From Rhodothermales bacterium (lineage in GTDB: Bacteria > Bacteroidota > Rhodothermia > Rhodothermales > JABDKH01): DNA of 64,000 nucleotides. The position numbers and the translations under genes were made by a program. A model generated the notes under the pieces. That model was not told the origin of the DNA and ran no database searches. It worked only from the letters and a program-made list of their open reading frames with translations. Below, one piece after another: positions 18,375 to 28,538 of the stretch. Every line of letters begins with the position of its first letter. Positions within the stretch are counted from its first letter, which is position 1. The stretch is taken from contig CBDCYH010000002.1 in the NCBI GenBank assembly GCA_965224105.1, positions 1,785,112-1,849,111 of the forward strand, read 5' to 3'.

Positions 18375-18926
18375 TTAGCCCTTCTTGCTCTTGTTCGGAG
18401 CCAGGATGGTGGTCATCCGGCGGCCTTCCATCTTAGGCGCCTGGTCAATCTTGGCAATGTCCTGCAACTCCTCAATAAAGCGGTGGAGGATCTGCATCCC
18501 GTGATCTTTATACACGATGTCCCTGCCTCGAAACTGCACATACGCCCGCACCTTATCTCCGTGCTCTAGAAACTCCCGCGCGTGCTTCGTCTTGAAATTG
18601 AAATCGTGGGTGTCGGTGTGGGGGCGGAACCGCACCTCCTTCAGCGCAATCGTGTGAGACTTCTTACGCTGCTCCTTCTCTTTCTTTTGCTGCTCGTATC
18701 GATACTTTCCGTAGTCGATAATCTTGCACACCGGTGGGTCGGCGTTCGGGGAGATTTCAACTAGATCCAGACCTCGATCTTCGGCTAGTCTAAGAGCGTC
18801 CTCGATTGGATACGTCCCGTGCTTCCCCTCAGGGTCCACGACACGTACGACGCTCGCATTAATATTGTCATTAACTCTAGTCCTGTCGCGCTGCGGTGCA
18901 CGCTGGTGTCGACGAGGTATGGCCAT
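18375..18926 (-). CDS. infC: translation initiation factor IF-3
   Basis: 183 aa. RVNDNINASVVRVVDPEG..., an N-domain, a lysine-rich linker and a C-domain. An in-frame TGA lies immediately upstream of the ATG, so the start is this ATG or the AUA at codon 3. Confidence 0.93.
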   Translation of the reverse strand: MAIPRRHQRAPQRDRTRVNDNINASVVRVVDPEGKHGTYPIEDALRLAEDRGLDLVEISPNADPPVCKIIDYGKYRYEQQKKEKEQRKKSHTIALKEVRFRPHTDTHDFNFKTKHAREFLEHGDKVRAYVQFRGRDIVYKDHGMQILHRFIEELQDIAKIDQAPKMEGRRMTTILAPNKSKKG

Positions 18927-19062
18927 TCACTATTCTCTTTGTTATACATATTCGTGTATCGACATCATCAGCATGAATAAAACCAGCTTCCGATGCCGTG
19001 TCGGCTACAATAACCGACATTGGTCGGTTCCAACCAAATAATTCAAGGCAATGCTTGAACCA

Positions 19063-21006
19063 TTACGAACTCCGGAAGGCAGACGAAATGTCAGCCTCCA
19101 GGTGCTCAACGAAAGAAGCTACAGACATCGTGCCGAGTTCGCCGGAACCATGCTTCCGGATACTCACCTGGCCACCACTTGCCTCCCTCTCGCCCACAAT
19201 AGCCATATAGGGAATCTTCTGGGTTTCCGCACCGCGGATTTTGTAACCAACCTTCTCGTTCCTCAAATCAACATGTACTCGGAATGCGGATAACTCCCTG
19301 GCCACGTGTTCACCATACTCCTCAAACTGCTGGCTTACCGGGATAATCTCAACCTGGATGGGGGCCAGCCAGGTTTTGAAATTACCGCCGGTGTGCTCGA
19401 TTAGCACTCCAATAAACCGCTCGAGCGACCCGAACGGCGCGCGGTGGATCATCACCGGACGGTGCTTCTGATTGTCTTCTCCGACATAACTGATATCAAA
19501 CCTTTCAGGCAGGACGTAATCCAACTGCACTGTACCCAGCTGCCATTCTCGACCGATGGCATCTTTTACCATGAAGTCGAGCTTCGGTCCGTAGAAGGCG
19601 GCTTCACCAATCGCATCAACAGCGTCCAATCCCGATTCCTGTGCGGCTTCCCTGATCGCGACCTCCGCCCGATCCCACTGCTCGGGATCACCAACGTATT
19701 TATCCGTGTCCTGCGGATCCCGCAGCGATACCTGCGCCCGAAAATCGGTGAAGTCCAGTGCGTGCAAAACCGTGAGAGTCAGGTCGATCGCATTCTTGAA
19801 CTCATCCTTCACCTGGTCCGGCGTACAGAAAATGTGGGCGTCGTCCTGCGTAAACCCACGTACGCGCGTGAGCCCACCCAGCTCGCCCGACTGCTCATAC
19901 CGGTAAACCGTTCCGAACTCGGCGTACCGCACCGGTAGGTCGCGATACGAATGCGGACTGGAATCATATATCTCGATGTGATGGGGACAATTCATGGGCT
20001 TGAGCAGGTATCCGCTGTCCTCGTCCTCGAGCATCGCCGGGAATTGGCTATCCTGGTAATACGGATAATGGCCACTCGTTTTGAATAGCTCCAATTTCCC
20101 AATGTGCGGAGTAACCACAGGCTCGTAGCCACGCTTCACCTGCTCCTGCCGGAGAAATTCGGCGAGCGTCTCACGCAAACGCGCTCCCTTCGGAAGCCAC
20201 ATCGGCAAACCCGGGCCAACCTTTTTGCTGAACGTGAACAGCTCCAGCTCCTTGCCAAGCTTGCGATGATCCCGCTGTCGAGCCAGCTCCATCATCTCGA
20301 GAAAATCGTCCAGCTCTTTCTTCTTCGGAAAACTGATGCCGTAAATCCGCGTCAACTGCGCTCGACTTTCATCGCCGCGCCAGTACGCCCCAGCAACGTT
20401 CAACAGCTTCGGATACTTGATGGGCTTGGTGCTGGGGATGTGCGGCCCACGACACAGGTCAACAAAATTTCCCTGCTGGTAAAACGTGATCGTCCCGTCT
20501 TCCAGCTCATTGATCAACTCAATCTTGTACTCGTCGCCTTTTTCTTTGAAGTAGCTCAGCGCATCTTCCTTGCTAACGTCTTTGCGAACGTACTCTGAGT
20601 CGAGCTTGGCGAGCTCTTTCATTTTTGTCTCGATCGCCTCCAGGTCTTCCAGCCCAATGGTGCGCTCCCCGATATCCACGTCATAGTAGAAGCCGCGATC
20701 AATCGCCGGCCCGATTCCGAACTTGACACCCGGATAGAGCTGCTCCAGTGCTTCAGCCAACAAATGCGCAGAAGAATGCCAGAACGCCTTCTTGCCATCA
20801 ACATCATTCCAGGTAAGAATGGACACTGATGCATCCTCTTCGATCGGTCTGCCAAGATCACGCACCTCACCGTCGACCTTTACTGCCAACGCCTGCCGGG
20901 CAAGTCCACTCGAAATGGATTCGGCCACCTGGAGGCCGGTCGCACCGCGCTCATACGATCGCGCGCTGCCGTCGGGAAGGGTTATTCTAATTGATGCGTT
21001 GCTCAT
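19063..21006 (-). CDS. thrS: threonine--tRNA ligase
   Basis: 647 aa. TGS domain (IRITLPDGS), editing domain (HSSAHLLA), class II core and anticodon-binding domain. Confidence 0.95.
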   Translation of the reverse strand: MSNASIRITLPDGSARSYERGATGLQVAESISSGLARQALAVKVDGEVRDLGRPIEEDASVSILTWNDVDGKKAFWHSSAHLLAEALEQLYPGVKFGIGPAIDRGFYYDVDIGERTIGLEDLEAIETKMKELAKLDSEYVRKDVSKEDALSYFKEKGDEYKIELINELEDGTITFYQQGNFVDLCRGPHIPSTKPIKYPKLLNVAGAYWRGDESRAQLTRIYGISFPKKKELDDFLEMMELARQRDHRKLGKELELFTFSKKVGPGLPMWLPKGARLRETLAEFLRQEQVKRGYEPVVTPHIGKLELFKTSGHYPYYQDSQFPAMLEDEDSGYLLKPMNCPHHIEIYDSSPHSYRDLPVRYAEFGTVYRYEQSGELGGLTRVRGFTQDDAHIFCTPDQVKDEFKNAIDLTLTVLHALDFTDFRAQVSLRDPQDTDKYVGDPEQWDRAEVAIREAAQESGLDAVDAIGEAAFYGPKLDFMVKDAIGREWQLGTVQLDYVLPERFDISYVGEDNQKHRPVMIHRAPFGSLERFIGVLIEHTGGNFKTWLAPIQVEIIPVSQQFEEYGEHVARELSAFRVHVDLRNEKVGYKIRGAETQKIPYMAIVGEREASGGQVSIRKHGSGELGTMSVASFVEHLEADISSAFRSS

Positions 21007-21060
21007 GTGCGTCTTACGCCGATCGTCAACTTTTGCTCACGCAGCTTCACGGCCGAAAAT

Positions 21061-21092
21061 AAAAAAGGCGCGACTGCAATTGCAGAGCACCC
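21061..21092 (-). terminator. possible terminator after tRNA-Val
   Basis: Minus-strand read GUGC-U-CUGC-AAUU-GCAG-UC-GCGC (imperfect stem) followed by CUUUUUU. Confidence 0.4.
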
Positions 21093-21094
21093 GG

Positions 21095-21168
21095 TGGGTC
21101 CTAGCGGATTCGAACCACTGACCTCTACGATGTCAACGTAGCGCTCTAACCAACTGAGCTAAGGACCC
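21095..21168 (-). tRNA. tRNA-Val (anticodon GAC)
   Basis: 74-nt cloverleaf read on the minus strand: acceptor GGGUCCU/AGGACCC, D-arm GCUC...GAGC, anticodon stem CUACG/CGUAG with loop UUGACAU, T-arm AGUGG-UUCGAAU-CCGCU. CCA is not encoded (next bases CCG). Confidence 0.9.
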
Positions 21169-21297
21169 TGAAAAGCGAGCGTGAATATATCAATTTGGAC
21201 CTAGCTAGCCAACATTAGACGATTACGCCCCGATGAAGACTTAAATGTATTCAACCATCAGGCGATACCACGAAGGCACCCTCGAACAGACAATCCA

Positions 21298-21636
21298 ATG
21301 CCGACTACGAACGACCCTACGACAAAAATCAAACGGATGAGCCCCGTACAGGTCTTCCGGCGCTTGCCGCCAACTCTGGAGATTCTCACCGAGTGTCCGC
21401 ATGCTGTATACGAAGGACTCGCCAGGGCCTCCGACGAGGCCTTCCAAAAGGGATTCAACGTCGACCAGATCTGCAATGCGGTGTGCACCGAAGCTACCCA
21501 CCATGGCTATCATGCAGTTGTTCACCCGACCGAAGTGGTGCACCGAAAATTTCCGTCGTTCCCCGGGCAAACGGTAATGGGATGTTACATCCTTGTCGAT
21601 CTGCAGGAAGTGTCCGGACCCGACCTCTTAGCGTGA
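21298..21636 (+). CDS. hypothetical protein (strand ambiguous; a codon-aligned antisense ORF lies at 21241..21570)
   Basis: 112-aa ORF with GC-rich third positions (about 65% by my count). The antisense 109-aa ORF is also open. I recognise no family. Confidence 0.35.
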   Translation: MPTTNDPTTKIKRMSPVQVFRRLPPTLEILTECPHAVYEGLARASDEAFQKGFNVDQICNAVCTEATHHGYHAVVHPTEVVHRKFPSFPGQTVMGCYILVDLQEVSGPDLLA

Positions 21637-22311
21637 TAGCCCAAGCACGAGCCGTGCTCCGATCCTCGTCTTGTTGTCTCGGTACGAGGTAAGCTCGACA
21701 ATTGCCCTTCCGCTTGTTCTCCTCGCCGCCAGGGCAGAAGTGAATCCGCTCAATAATCTGTTGCCAACCATCACCGCAGCCAGAAGAGATCGACGTCGGC
21801 TCGCCGTCTCCGCACTGTTTCGTTCCGACCGATAGTCAAGACGATCTTCTTCGGATGCCCACTGCCATTCAAACGTCGCATCCTCGATGTAGTCCAGCTG
21901 ATTCCATGCCCGGTTGCGCAGAACAACCTCGATGAATTCATCCGACGAACTGTACGCTGCAAGATTAAGCAGGAACGTGCGGTCTTTTCCAGTCAGATCC
22001 GCACCCGCTCGGCTCGTCGCCAGTCCGCGATAATTTTCAACATGCCTTCCATGTTGCCAATCGGACAACGCGTACCCTGCAATCGAAGACACATCAGCAA
22101 TCGTATACCAGGTTGCGGCACCGCTCCACGACCCATTCACGTATCGGTGCCCCAGTCCAGGCAAGACAGCACTCATGGCAAATGCTTTTGCTGGAGATTT
22201 GCGTTTAACGGTCTGTACGGGCGAGAGGTCTTGGGCCGCCACATCCGTCGCCGACAGTGTAAACGTAGCAGCAAGAAATGCTAAAACAATGCGGGCCGAC
22301 AAAGTACACAT
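21628..22311 (-). CDS. secreted hypothetical protein (DUF5683-like N-terminal segment)
   Basis: Signal peptide ending AAQ. The segment AMSAVLPGLGHRYVNGSW resembles the DUF5683 motif. Co-oriented and abutting the TonB-dependent receptor. Confidence 0.55.
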   Translation of the reverse strand: MCTLSARIVLAFLAATFTLSATDVAAQDLSPVQTVKRKSPAKAFAMSAVLPGLGHRYVNGSWSGAATWYTIADVSSIAGYALSDWQHGRHVENYRGLATSRAGADLTGKDRTFLLNLAAYSSSDEFIEVVLRNRAWNQLDYIEDATFEWQWASEEDRLDYRSERNSAETASRRRSLLAAVMVGNRLLSGFTSALAARRTSGRAIVELTSYRDNKTRIGARLVLGLSR

Positions 22312-22312
22312 C

Positions 22313-24796
22313 CTAGAATGTGATCTTGGCGCGTACGTTCACGGTACGCGGGGTCAGGCGAGTTGGAATTCGGTTCCAAATTCCCTCTCTGTTAGGTACC
22401 CAATAGTAGGAGACGGTGTTGACCATATCAAATACGTTGAGCAGCTCAGCAGTTAAGTCGAGCGATACCGGCCCACCGAGTCCGCGGTCGAAGACCGTCA
22501 CCCCATACGAAGCTCCGATGTCGAATCTAAAGTATCTCGGATACCGCGCAGAGTGGCGGGGCCCCGGTTCCTGTATCTGAACATTGCCAATCTGCATCCC
22601 TGGGACCGGCGGTGTGTACGGCAGGCCAGACCCAAACAACGTCCTCATATGTATTTTCCACGCATCGCTGTTCGGAATGTAGTCCTGGACAAACATCGAA
22701 ATGGTATGCTTCTGATCTGTGGGGCGCGAGAGCGTGCCCGCATTCGAAGGCGTAGAAAATTCGTCGAGGAATGTCTCCTTGGCGTTCAGGTAGCTATAGT
22801 TCACCCAGCTCTCTAATCCGGGTACAAACTCCCCGCGGAGTTGAAGGTCGATCCCGTACGTTTCGCTTTGGGCATCGTTCTCGCCAGAGTACTGAACGCG
22901 CACATTCTCCAGGTCGTAGGAAATTACATTCCTGATAGACTTGATGTATGCCTCGCCTCGTAGCGTGAGCCTGCTGGACGGGAAGAACCGCTCGCCACCA
23001 ACTACCGTCTGGATCGAACGCTGCGACTTGAGCGATGTGTTCAGAGCGCCTAGAATGGTTTCACCCGGCGAAGGCTTGCCGCGCAATTCTCTGTACGTTG
23101 GAGCCTGATGGTACACGCCGGCGGATCCGAAGAAAGACCAGACATCAGAGTGTTTGTAGTTTAGAAATAAACGGGGCGATACGGTGACTTCTTCGTTGAA
23201 GGTGAAATAATCCGACCGCACACCAACGGTTGCGACTACTTTACCCGGACTGGATGGCAGAACCTGAAACGTGTTTCCAAGGTGAAGGCCAAATTGCTGC
23301 GCACCGAGATCCGCTGAATCGTCGAGGCTATCCGTAACGATAGTGATAATTTCGCCATCTAGATCCGGCCCAATAACTACAGAACGCTCGTTGATCACAT
23401 CGGTGAACGAGTAGTCGCGTGCGTACCAGCCTCCTTCGACAATATTATTGCGAAACTTGAAGGAGTAGTTTCCTTTTGCAGTAAGTGTACTAACGGTGAC
23501 GCGGTTGTCTGCGCGATCCTCCTGGCGAGATGTTCCGGTGGCAAGCAGACCTTCACCCGTGTTCGGATCGTCACCAGGTTCGAGCTTAAACAATATAGCA
23601 GTCCCGGATAGATCGTAGAACTCGGTTTCCTCCGTGTCAAAATAGGAGACGTCGTGGCTGGCCGTGAAGTTGTCACCGAAAACGCTCGTGAGTCGCGCTC
23701 CGGCAAAGGCTGTCTGGTATCCATCCACCTCGGTGTTGTCGGGGTCGAACGTGGTCCAGAGGGATTTCAAATTATTGGGCGCAATCCGTGGATCCTGACT
23801 AACCGTCCCGAAAAAAGTCTTCCGCGTGTTTGGGTCTAACCGAAACTCATGGTCTGCAAATACACCGATCACGCCGAGCTCGTGCTGGGGTGTGAGCCTC
23901 GCGGTGATCATTGCCTGCACGTCGAGGAACACCGGCTCGTAGGTACCTTTTAGTTCTTGCGTCGCGAAGAAGTGACTGGCCTGCGCCCGCCTTATCCCTG
24001 CAGCCATCCCCACCTTGTTCTTCACTAGCGGAGCTTTTACAGAGACCCCGGCATCCAACAGCGAGGCATACACGTTGCCCGTTGCCACGCCGTCCATTGG
24101 CGTTGCGTACTCAACTTCGAGCGCTGAGGACAACTTGCCACCGTAGCGCACGGGAAAGCCGCCGGTATAGAACGTCACATCCTCAGCCAGGTCGGGGTTC
24201 AGCAGACTAAGGCCTTCCTGCTCGCCTTGGCGCGGACGGAACGGCAGGTAAATCTCGAAACCGTTGAGGAACAACAGATTCTCGTTGTATCCGCCGCCGC
24301 GAACCGAGTACTGGTTCGACAACTCGTTGTTTGATGCAACTCCGGGCACCACCTTTAGTGATCGCACCACATCTTTCATGGGTGCGGGCAGATTTTGAAT
24401 ATCCTTCGGATCGAGACGGTACACGCCCGCCTGGATCTCATCAACCTTGTCGTCCTCCACTGTGATACCATCGAGCGAGACAGTGTCAATGCCAAGTGCA
24501 ACGTCCAGTCGCGTGGCTTGCTCTCGTGCAACGATGGCGGAATCAACCCTTGTTACATAACCGATAGACGAGAAGGAGATGGCATAACGCCCAACAGGTA
24601 GCCGAAGCGAATATGTTCCGTTTTGGTTCGTCGCTGTGCCGAAATTCGTACCGCTAACCAGGACGGAGACGCCAGGGACCGGTCTACCCGACTCCGATTC
24701 GGTAACAGTCCCCTCAACACGATTCCAGTATTGAGCGCTGGCCTGCACAGGGCACATCAGCCCCACAAGGAAAAGAAGAAAAAGACAGTTACGCAC
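22313..24796 (-). CDS. TonB-dependent receptor with N-terminal carboxypeptidase-regulatory-like domain
   Basis: 827 aa. Signal peptide; CarbopepD_reg pattern VEGTVTESESGRPVPGVSVLV...TNQNGTYSL; plug and beta-barrel; C-terminal aromatic residue (ITF). Confidence 0.85.
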   Translation of the reverse strand: MRNCLFLLFLVGLMCPVQASAQYWNRVEGTVTESESGRPVPGVSVLVSGTNFGTATNQNGTYSLRLPVGRYAISFSSIGYVTRVDSAIVAREQATRLDVALGIDTVSLDGITVEDDKVDEIQAGVYRLDPKDIQNLPAPMKDVVRSLKVVPGVASNNELSNQYSVRGGGYNENLLFLNGFEIYLPFRPRQGEQEGLSLLNPDLAEDVTFYTGGFPVRYGGKLSSALEVEYATPMDGVATGNVYASLLDAGVSVKAPLVKNKVGMAAGIRRAQASHFFATQELKGTYEPVFLDVQAMITARLTPQHELGVIGVFADHEFRLDPNTRKTFFGTVSQDPRIAPNNLKSLWTTFDPDNTEVDGYQTAFAGARLTSVFGDNFTASHDVSYFDTEETEFYDLSGTAILFKLEPGDDPNTGEGLLATGTSRQEDRADNRVTVSTLTAKGNYSFKFRNNIVEGGWYARDYSFTDVINERSVVIGPDLDGEIITIVTDSLDDSADLGAQQFGLHLGNTFQVLPSSPGKVVATVGVRSDYFTFNEEVTVSPRLFLNYKHSDVWSFFGSAGVYHQAPTYRELRGKPSPGETILGALNTSLKSQRSIQTVVGGERFFPSSRLTLRGEAYIKSIRNVISYDLENVRVQYSGENDAQSETYGIDLQLRGEFVPGLESWVNYSYLNAKETFLDEFSTPSNAGTLSRPTDQKHTISMFVQDYIPNSDAWKIHMRTLFGSGLPYTPPVPGMQIGNVQIQEPGPRHSARYPRYFRFDIGASYGVTVFDRGLGGPVSLDLTAELLNVFDMVNTVSYYWVPNREGIWNRIPTRLTPRTVNVRAKITF

Positions 24797-24906
24797 TGGT
24801 TGTTAAAGAATTTTCAGTCGTAGAAACGGTACCAGTATTTCGATTCAGATCCTGTCTTTTATAGTTGATGGAGCGGGAGAACGAGGACCCTGGCTGATCG
24901 TTCCTA

Positions 24907-25599
24907 TTATATAATCCGTTCGAGAAAATACAGCAACGCGTAAGGCACAGTGAGTCCGAACACCGTTCCGGCGATAACCTCGGGTCTCGAGTGCGCCCTC
25001 AGGTGGAGTCGCGCCCAAACAACAATCGGGGTTGCAAGAACTCCGAGGATTATGGCCAGGACTAACTGCGTCGTTCCTCCAGCAAGTATCGCCTCCTTTT
25101 CCAGCAAAATAAACAGGGTCATACTTACAAAACCTGTGATACTGGCCATGTGTAGCGAAATTTTGAAACGGGTGTTGATGAGAAACAGGATCACGGCGTT
25201 CAGCGCATAACACAGTAGTAACGAGGTAATCAGTTTGGGTACCGGCCGTGCAAGGGTGTGAACGAGGGCGAGGACAACAAAATCTGATGCGATGCTAACC
25301 AGGTATGGCGCCAATCGGAGTTCTTTCTGACGCAACTCAATTGAAACACCGCCATGCGTCTCCGCTACGCGCAGGATGATGACAAACGGAATAAGCGCAA
25401 AGAAAATTATCGACAACGTTATTATCGTTGCCGTCTGAGCTCCGGTCAGGGTCAGCTTCGCGCATACGATCGACAAAAGGATTGGCGGGAGGATTAGTGG
25501 ATTTATGATATACGTAATCCACTTAGCCAGAGACAATGAGCCCGGCGTACCACCGGCGTGCATTTCTACTGCGGATGATTCCTTAGTATGCTCTTGCAA
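24907..25599 (-). CDS. PAP2-superfamily-like integral membrane protein (divergent)
   Basis: Polytopic. ISLHMAS and [16 protein letters not shown] resemble PAP2 motifs 2 and 3 (SxH; SRx5Hx3D with A/E substitutions). The annotated start overlaps the proS 3' end by 17 nt, so a later start (MHAGG) is possible. Confidence 0.5.
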   Translation of the reverse strand: MQEHTKESSAVEMHAGGTPGSLSLAKWITYIINPLILPPILLSIVCAKLTLTGAQTATIITLSIIFFALIPFVIILRVAETHGGVSIELRQKELRLAPYLVSIASDFVVLALVHTLARPVPKLITSLLLCYALNAVILFLINTRFKISLHMASITGFVSMTLFILLEKEAILAGGTTQLVLAIILGVLATPIVVWARLHLRAHSRPEVIAGTVFGLTVPYALLYFLERII

Positions 25600-27055
25600 A
25601 AACGACCCTTCGTTGTGACGGCTTACCGGAGATCATGTCCTTCCCGGATTCCTCCTGCTGATTCAGCGGTATGCACCGGATGGTGGCTTTCGTGCGCTGT
25701 TTTATTTCCTCCTCGGTTTCAGCGGATCCATCCCACGGAGCATACACAAAGCCGCCCTTATTCTTGATGACATCAGCGAATTCGTCAAACGTGTCGACGG
25801 TCGTGGTCATGTCTTCCCGAAATTTAAGCGCACGCTTGTACAGAGAGTACTGAATGTCGTCGAGTAGATCAGACACGTGAGCGTCAATTCCGTTCATCGC
25901 AACCGATTCTTTTTCTTTCAAATCCCGGCGGCTCACCTCTACGCTTCCACTCTGGAGATCGCGAGGGCCGATGGCAATGCGCACAGGCACACCCTCCGTT
26001 TCGTGTTGGTTAAACTTGAACCCGGGACGGACACCATCGCGGCTATCCAATGCAACCGTAATTCCCTTGGCCTCGAGCAACTGTTTGATTTGTTCGCCAG
26101 CCTCCAGGACGTTGTTGCGCTCGTCTTCTTTGCGGTAAATCGGAACGATAACTACTTGTGTTGGGGCAAGCTTTGGTGGCAGGATCAAACCCTGGTCATC
26201 GGAATGCGACATAATCAGTGCGCCGATCAACCGGGTGGAAACACCCCAGGACGTGGCCCACACATACTCGAGCTGATTGTCCCTCGTCTGATACTTACAA
26301 TCAAACGCCTTAGCAAAGTTTTGTCCGAGGAAGTGACTCGTGCCGGCCTGCAGCGCTTTACCGTCCTGCATCAACGCCTCGATGCAGTACGTGTCCACTG
26401 CACCAGCAAACCGCTCACTCTCTGACTTCACGCCGCGGAGTACCGGCACGGCCATATAGTTCTCGGCAAAGTCAGCGTAGATGTCGAGGATCTTTAATGT
26501 TTCCTCAACCGCTTCCTCCTTCGTTTCGTGAGCCGTGTGTCCTTCCTGCCACAAGAATTCGAGCGTGCGCAGGAAAAGTCGGGTGCGCATCTCCCATCGA
26601 ACGATGTTTGCCCACTGGTTGATAAGCACAGGCAGGTCTCGCCACGACCGAATCCACTTGCTGTATGAATCCCAGATTATCGTCTCGCTCGTGGGCCGAA
26701 TCACCAGATTCTCTTCCAGCTTCGACTCTTCTGTGGCCGTTAGCTCGCCCGCTTCGTTCAGGCCCAACTTCGAATGGGTAACAATTGCGCACTCTTTTGC
26801 AAAGCCTTCTACGTGGGCCGCCTCCCGGGCGAGAAACGACTCCGGAATGAGCAAAGGGAAATATGCATTTTGATGCCCGGTCGCCTTGAACATCCGGTCG
26901 AGCTCACGCTGCATATTTTCCCAAATGGCAAACCCGTTCGGCCGGATTATCATACATCCTCTAACCGGCGCATAATCAGCAAGCTTGGCCTCTCGAACGA
27001 TATCGATATACCATTTGGAAAAATCAGAATTCCGTGGCGTGATGGCGTCGGCCAT
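25583..27055 (-). CDS. proS: proline--tRNA ligase (archaeal/eukaryote-like type)
   Basis: 490 aa. N-terminal [30 protein letters not shown], class II motifs, no bacterial INS editing insertion, terminal Tyr. Confidence 0.93.
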   Translation of the reverse strand: MADAITPRNSDFSKWYIDIVREAKLADYAPVRGCMIIRPNGFAIWENMQRELDRMFKATGHQNAYFPLLIPESFLAREAAHVEGFAKECAIVTHSKLGLNEAGELTATEESKLEENLVIRPTSETIIWDSYSKWIRSWRDLPVLINQWANIVRWEMRTRLFLRTLEFLWQEGHTAHETKEEAVEETLKILDIYADFAENYMAVPVLRGVKSESERFAGAVDTYCIEALMQDGKALQAGTSHFLGQNFAKAFDCKYQTRDNQLEYVWATSWGVSTRLIGALIMSHSDDQGLILPPKLAPTQVVIVPIYRKEDERNNVLEAGEQIKQLLEAKGITVALDSRDGVRPGFKFNQHETEGVPVRIAIGPRDLQSGSVEVSRRDLKEKESVAMNGIDAHVSDLLDDIQYSLYKRALKFREDMTTTVDTFDEFADVIKNKGGFVYAPWDGSAETEEEIKQRTKATIRCIPLNQQEESGKDMISGKPSQRRVVFARAY

Positions 27056-27325
27056 AGTGTACAGTTAGTGCGTGGTTATGAATACAGGATTGAACGCCCA
27101 AAATGGACGAAAAAGGGTCAGGAACGAGTGTGAGGCCCTCCGGTCCGAAATTTGCCACGAAACGCGGTAGAAATAGCTACCTGGAGGCAATGGCACCGAA
27201 ATGACCGAGTTCAGCAAATATACCGGCATACCGGCACCTTTGTCATACGGTTTTGAAGAAATGCTTCTCTCCCCAAATTTGTGTAAAATCGAAAGGTAGC
27301 CCCAGATTTGTTATCAGATACGCAC

Positions 27326-28522
27326 ATGAAAAAGTACACAACACTTTCGCCCACGTTGATTCTGCTGATGAGCTTTGTCCTGAGCGGATGCTACACCCAG
27401 TTGGCTACAGTAGACGTCGACGACCGCGTACACACAAAACGTGTCACCATTATTGAAGACGAAGACGGGCAGATTGTCGAAACCGAGTACTACGACGAAG
27501 ATGCGTACTACGAAGACGATGTCTACATCCCGTCGAGCTACAACACCTACTTCAGAACGTATTACCACGATCCGTTCTACTCTTCGCATTACGATCCCTG
27601 GTACTCGTACGACCGGTACTATTACGGTGGCGGGCCTTACGGATACTACGGCTACAATCCTTACCGATATCGGAGCGGTCTGACGCTCTCGTTTACCTGG
27701 GGACGGCCGTGGGGACATCGACGATACTGGCCTGCATACGGCAACCACTACTACGGCTATAATCCTTTCCGGTACAACAACTACTACTCTGGCTACTACG
27801 GCGGGTACGGCTATAACAACTACGGCTATGGCTACAACGGATATTACGGTGGAAGCAAGCGAGCGAGATTGTCGAACCGCTTTGCTCCTCGCGGAAGCTC
27901 CTACGGCAGAAGTGGACTGAGTTCGCAGCCGGAGGAAAGAGGCTACAATAGAAATACTGGCAACAGAACAGTAACGCGAACCGGCAGCAGCGCAGCGGCC
28001 GCAAAATCAAGGAGTGGAAATTCACGAGCGCGGAGCAGCACAAGAACGGTGCGGCGCGGCGATGCAGCGACCCGGACGCGGTCGTCCAACCGATCCTCAA
28101 CCCGAACTCGATCTTCCGACCGATCGTCGTCATCATCGGCGACGCGGTCAACAAGAAAGCGTAGTAGTTCGTCAGGTGTTCGTTCTCAAAGCTCACGCGG
28201 ATCGCGGTCTTCGGCCCGGCCGTCATCGAGCCGAACGAGGTCGACTCCGTCTCGAACCACGACTACAAGGTCGCGCTCGAACGACCGGAGTTCGTCATCC
28301 GCTCGGACAACCAGAACGAGGTCGTCATCCCGGAGCGCGGCACGATCAGGATCTTCGCGCTCGTCATCGAAACCGTCGCGCGCCACTTCATCCAGAAAGT
28401 CCTCCGGGTCAAGTGCATCGAAATCCCGAAGCTCATCTCGCAAATCGTCCGCCCGCTCAAGCGGCAAGTCGAGAAGCTCCAGTAAATCATCAAGGAGTTC
28501 CAGCCGACGCGGAAGGAACTAA
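27326..28522 (+). CDS. lipoprotein with Tyr/Gly/Asn-rich region and about 220-aa Ser/Arg-rich C-terminal tail
   Basis: MKKYTTLSPTLILLMSFVLSGC lipobox. An acidic Y-rich stretch is followed by YGGGPYGYYGYNPYRY-type repeats. The last 222 aa contain about 50 Arg and 9 Lys against about 5 Asp/Glu (my count). Confidence 0.65.
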   Translation: MKKYTTLSPTLILLMSFVLSGCYTQLATVDVDDRVHTKRVTIIEDEDGQIVETEYYDEDAYYEDDVYIPSSYNTYFRTYYHDPFYSSHYDPWYSYDRYYYGGGPYGYYGYNPYRYRSGLTLSFTWGRPWGHRRYWPAYGNHYYGYNPFRYNNYYSGYYGGYGYNNYGYGYNGYYGGSKRARLSNRFAPRGSSYGRSGLSSQPEERGYNRNTGNRTVTRTGSSAAAAKSRSGNSRARSSTRTVRRGDAATRTRSSNRSSTRTRSSDRSSSSSATRSTRKRSSSSGVRSQSSRGSRSSARPSSSRTRSTPSRTTTTRSRSNDRSSSSARTTRTRSSSRSAARSGSSRSSSKPSRATSSRKSSGSSASKSRSSSRKSSARSSGKSRSSSKSSRSSSRRGRN

Positions 28523-28538
28523 ACCCTGGTAAAAATCA

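Noticed and set aside
18924-18926. infC beginning with ATG rather than the atypical AUU/AUA start used for IF3 autoregulation in E. coli
   Set aside because: An in-frame TGA lies immediately upstream, so ATG (or the AUA at codon 3) is the only option. Start-codon usage for infC varies among phyla, and I cannot show from sequence alone that this case is unusual.
28014-28532. Alternative open frames in the Ser/Arg-coding DNA (172 aa on plus; 93, 76 and 177 aa on minus at 27693-28493)
   Set aside because: The repetitive TCN/CGN composition keeps several frames open. Only the 404-codon frame is continuous with a lipoprotein signal peptide and with the upstream non-repetitive region. I kept a caveat in the finding that the frame should be confirmed experimentally.
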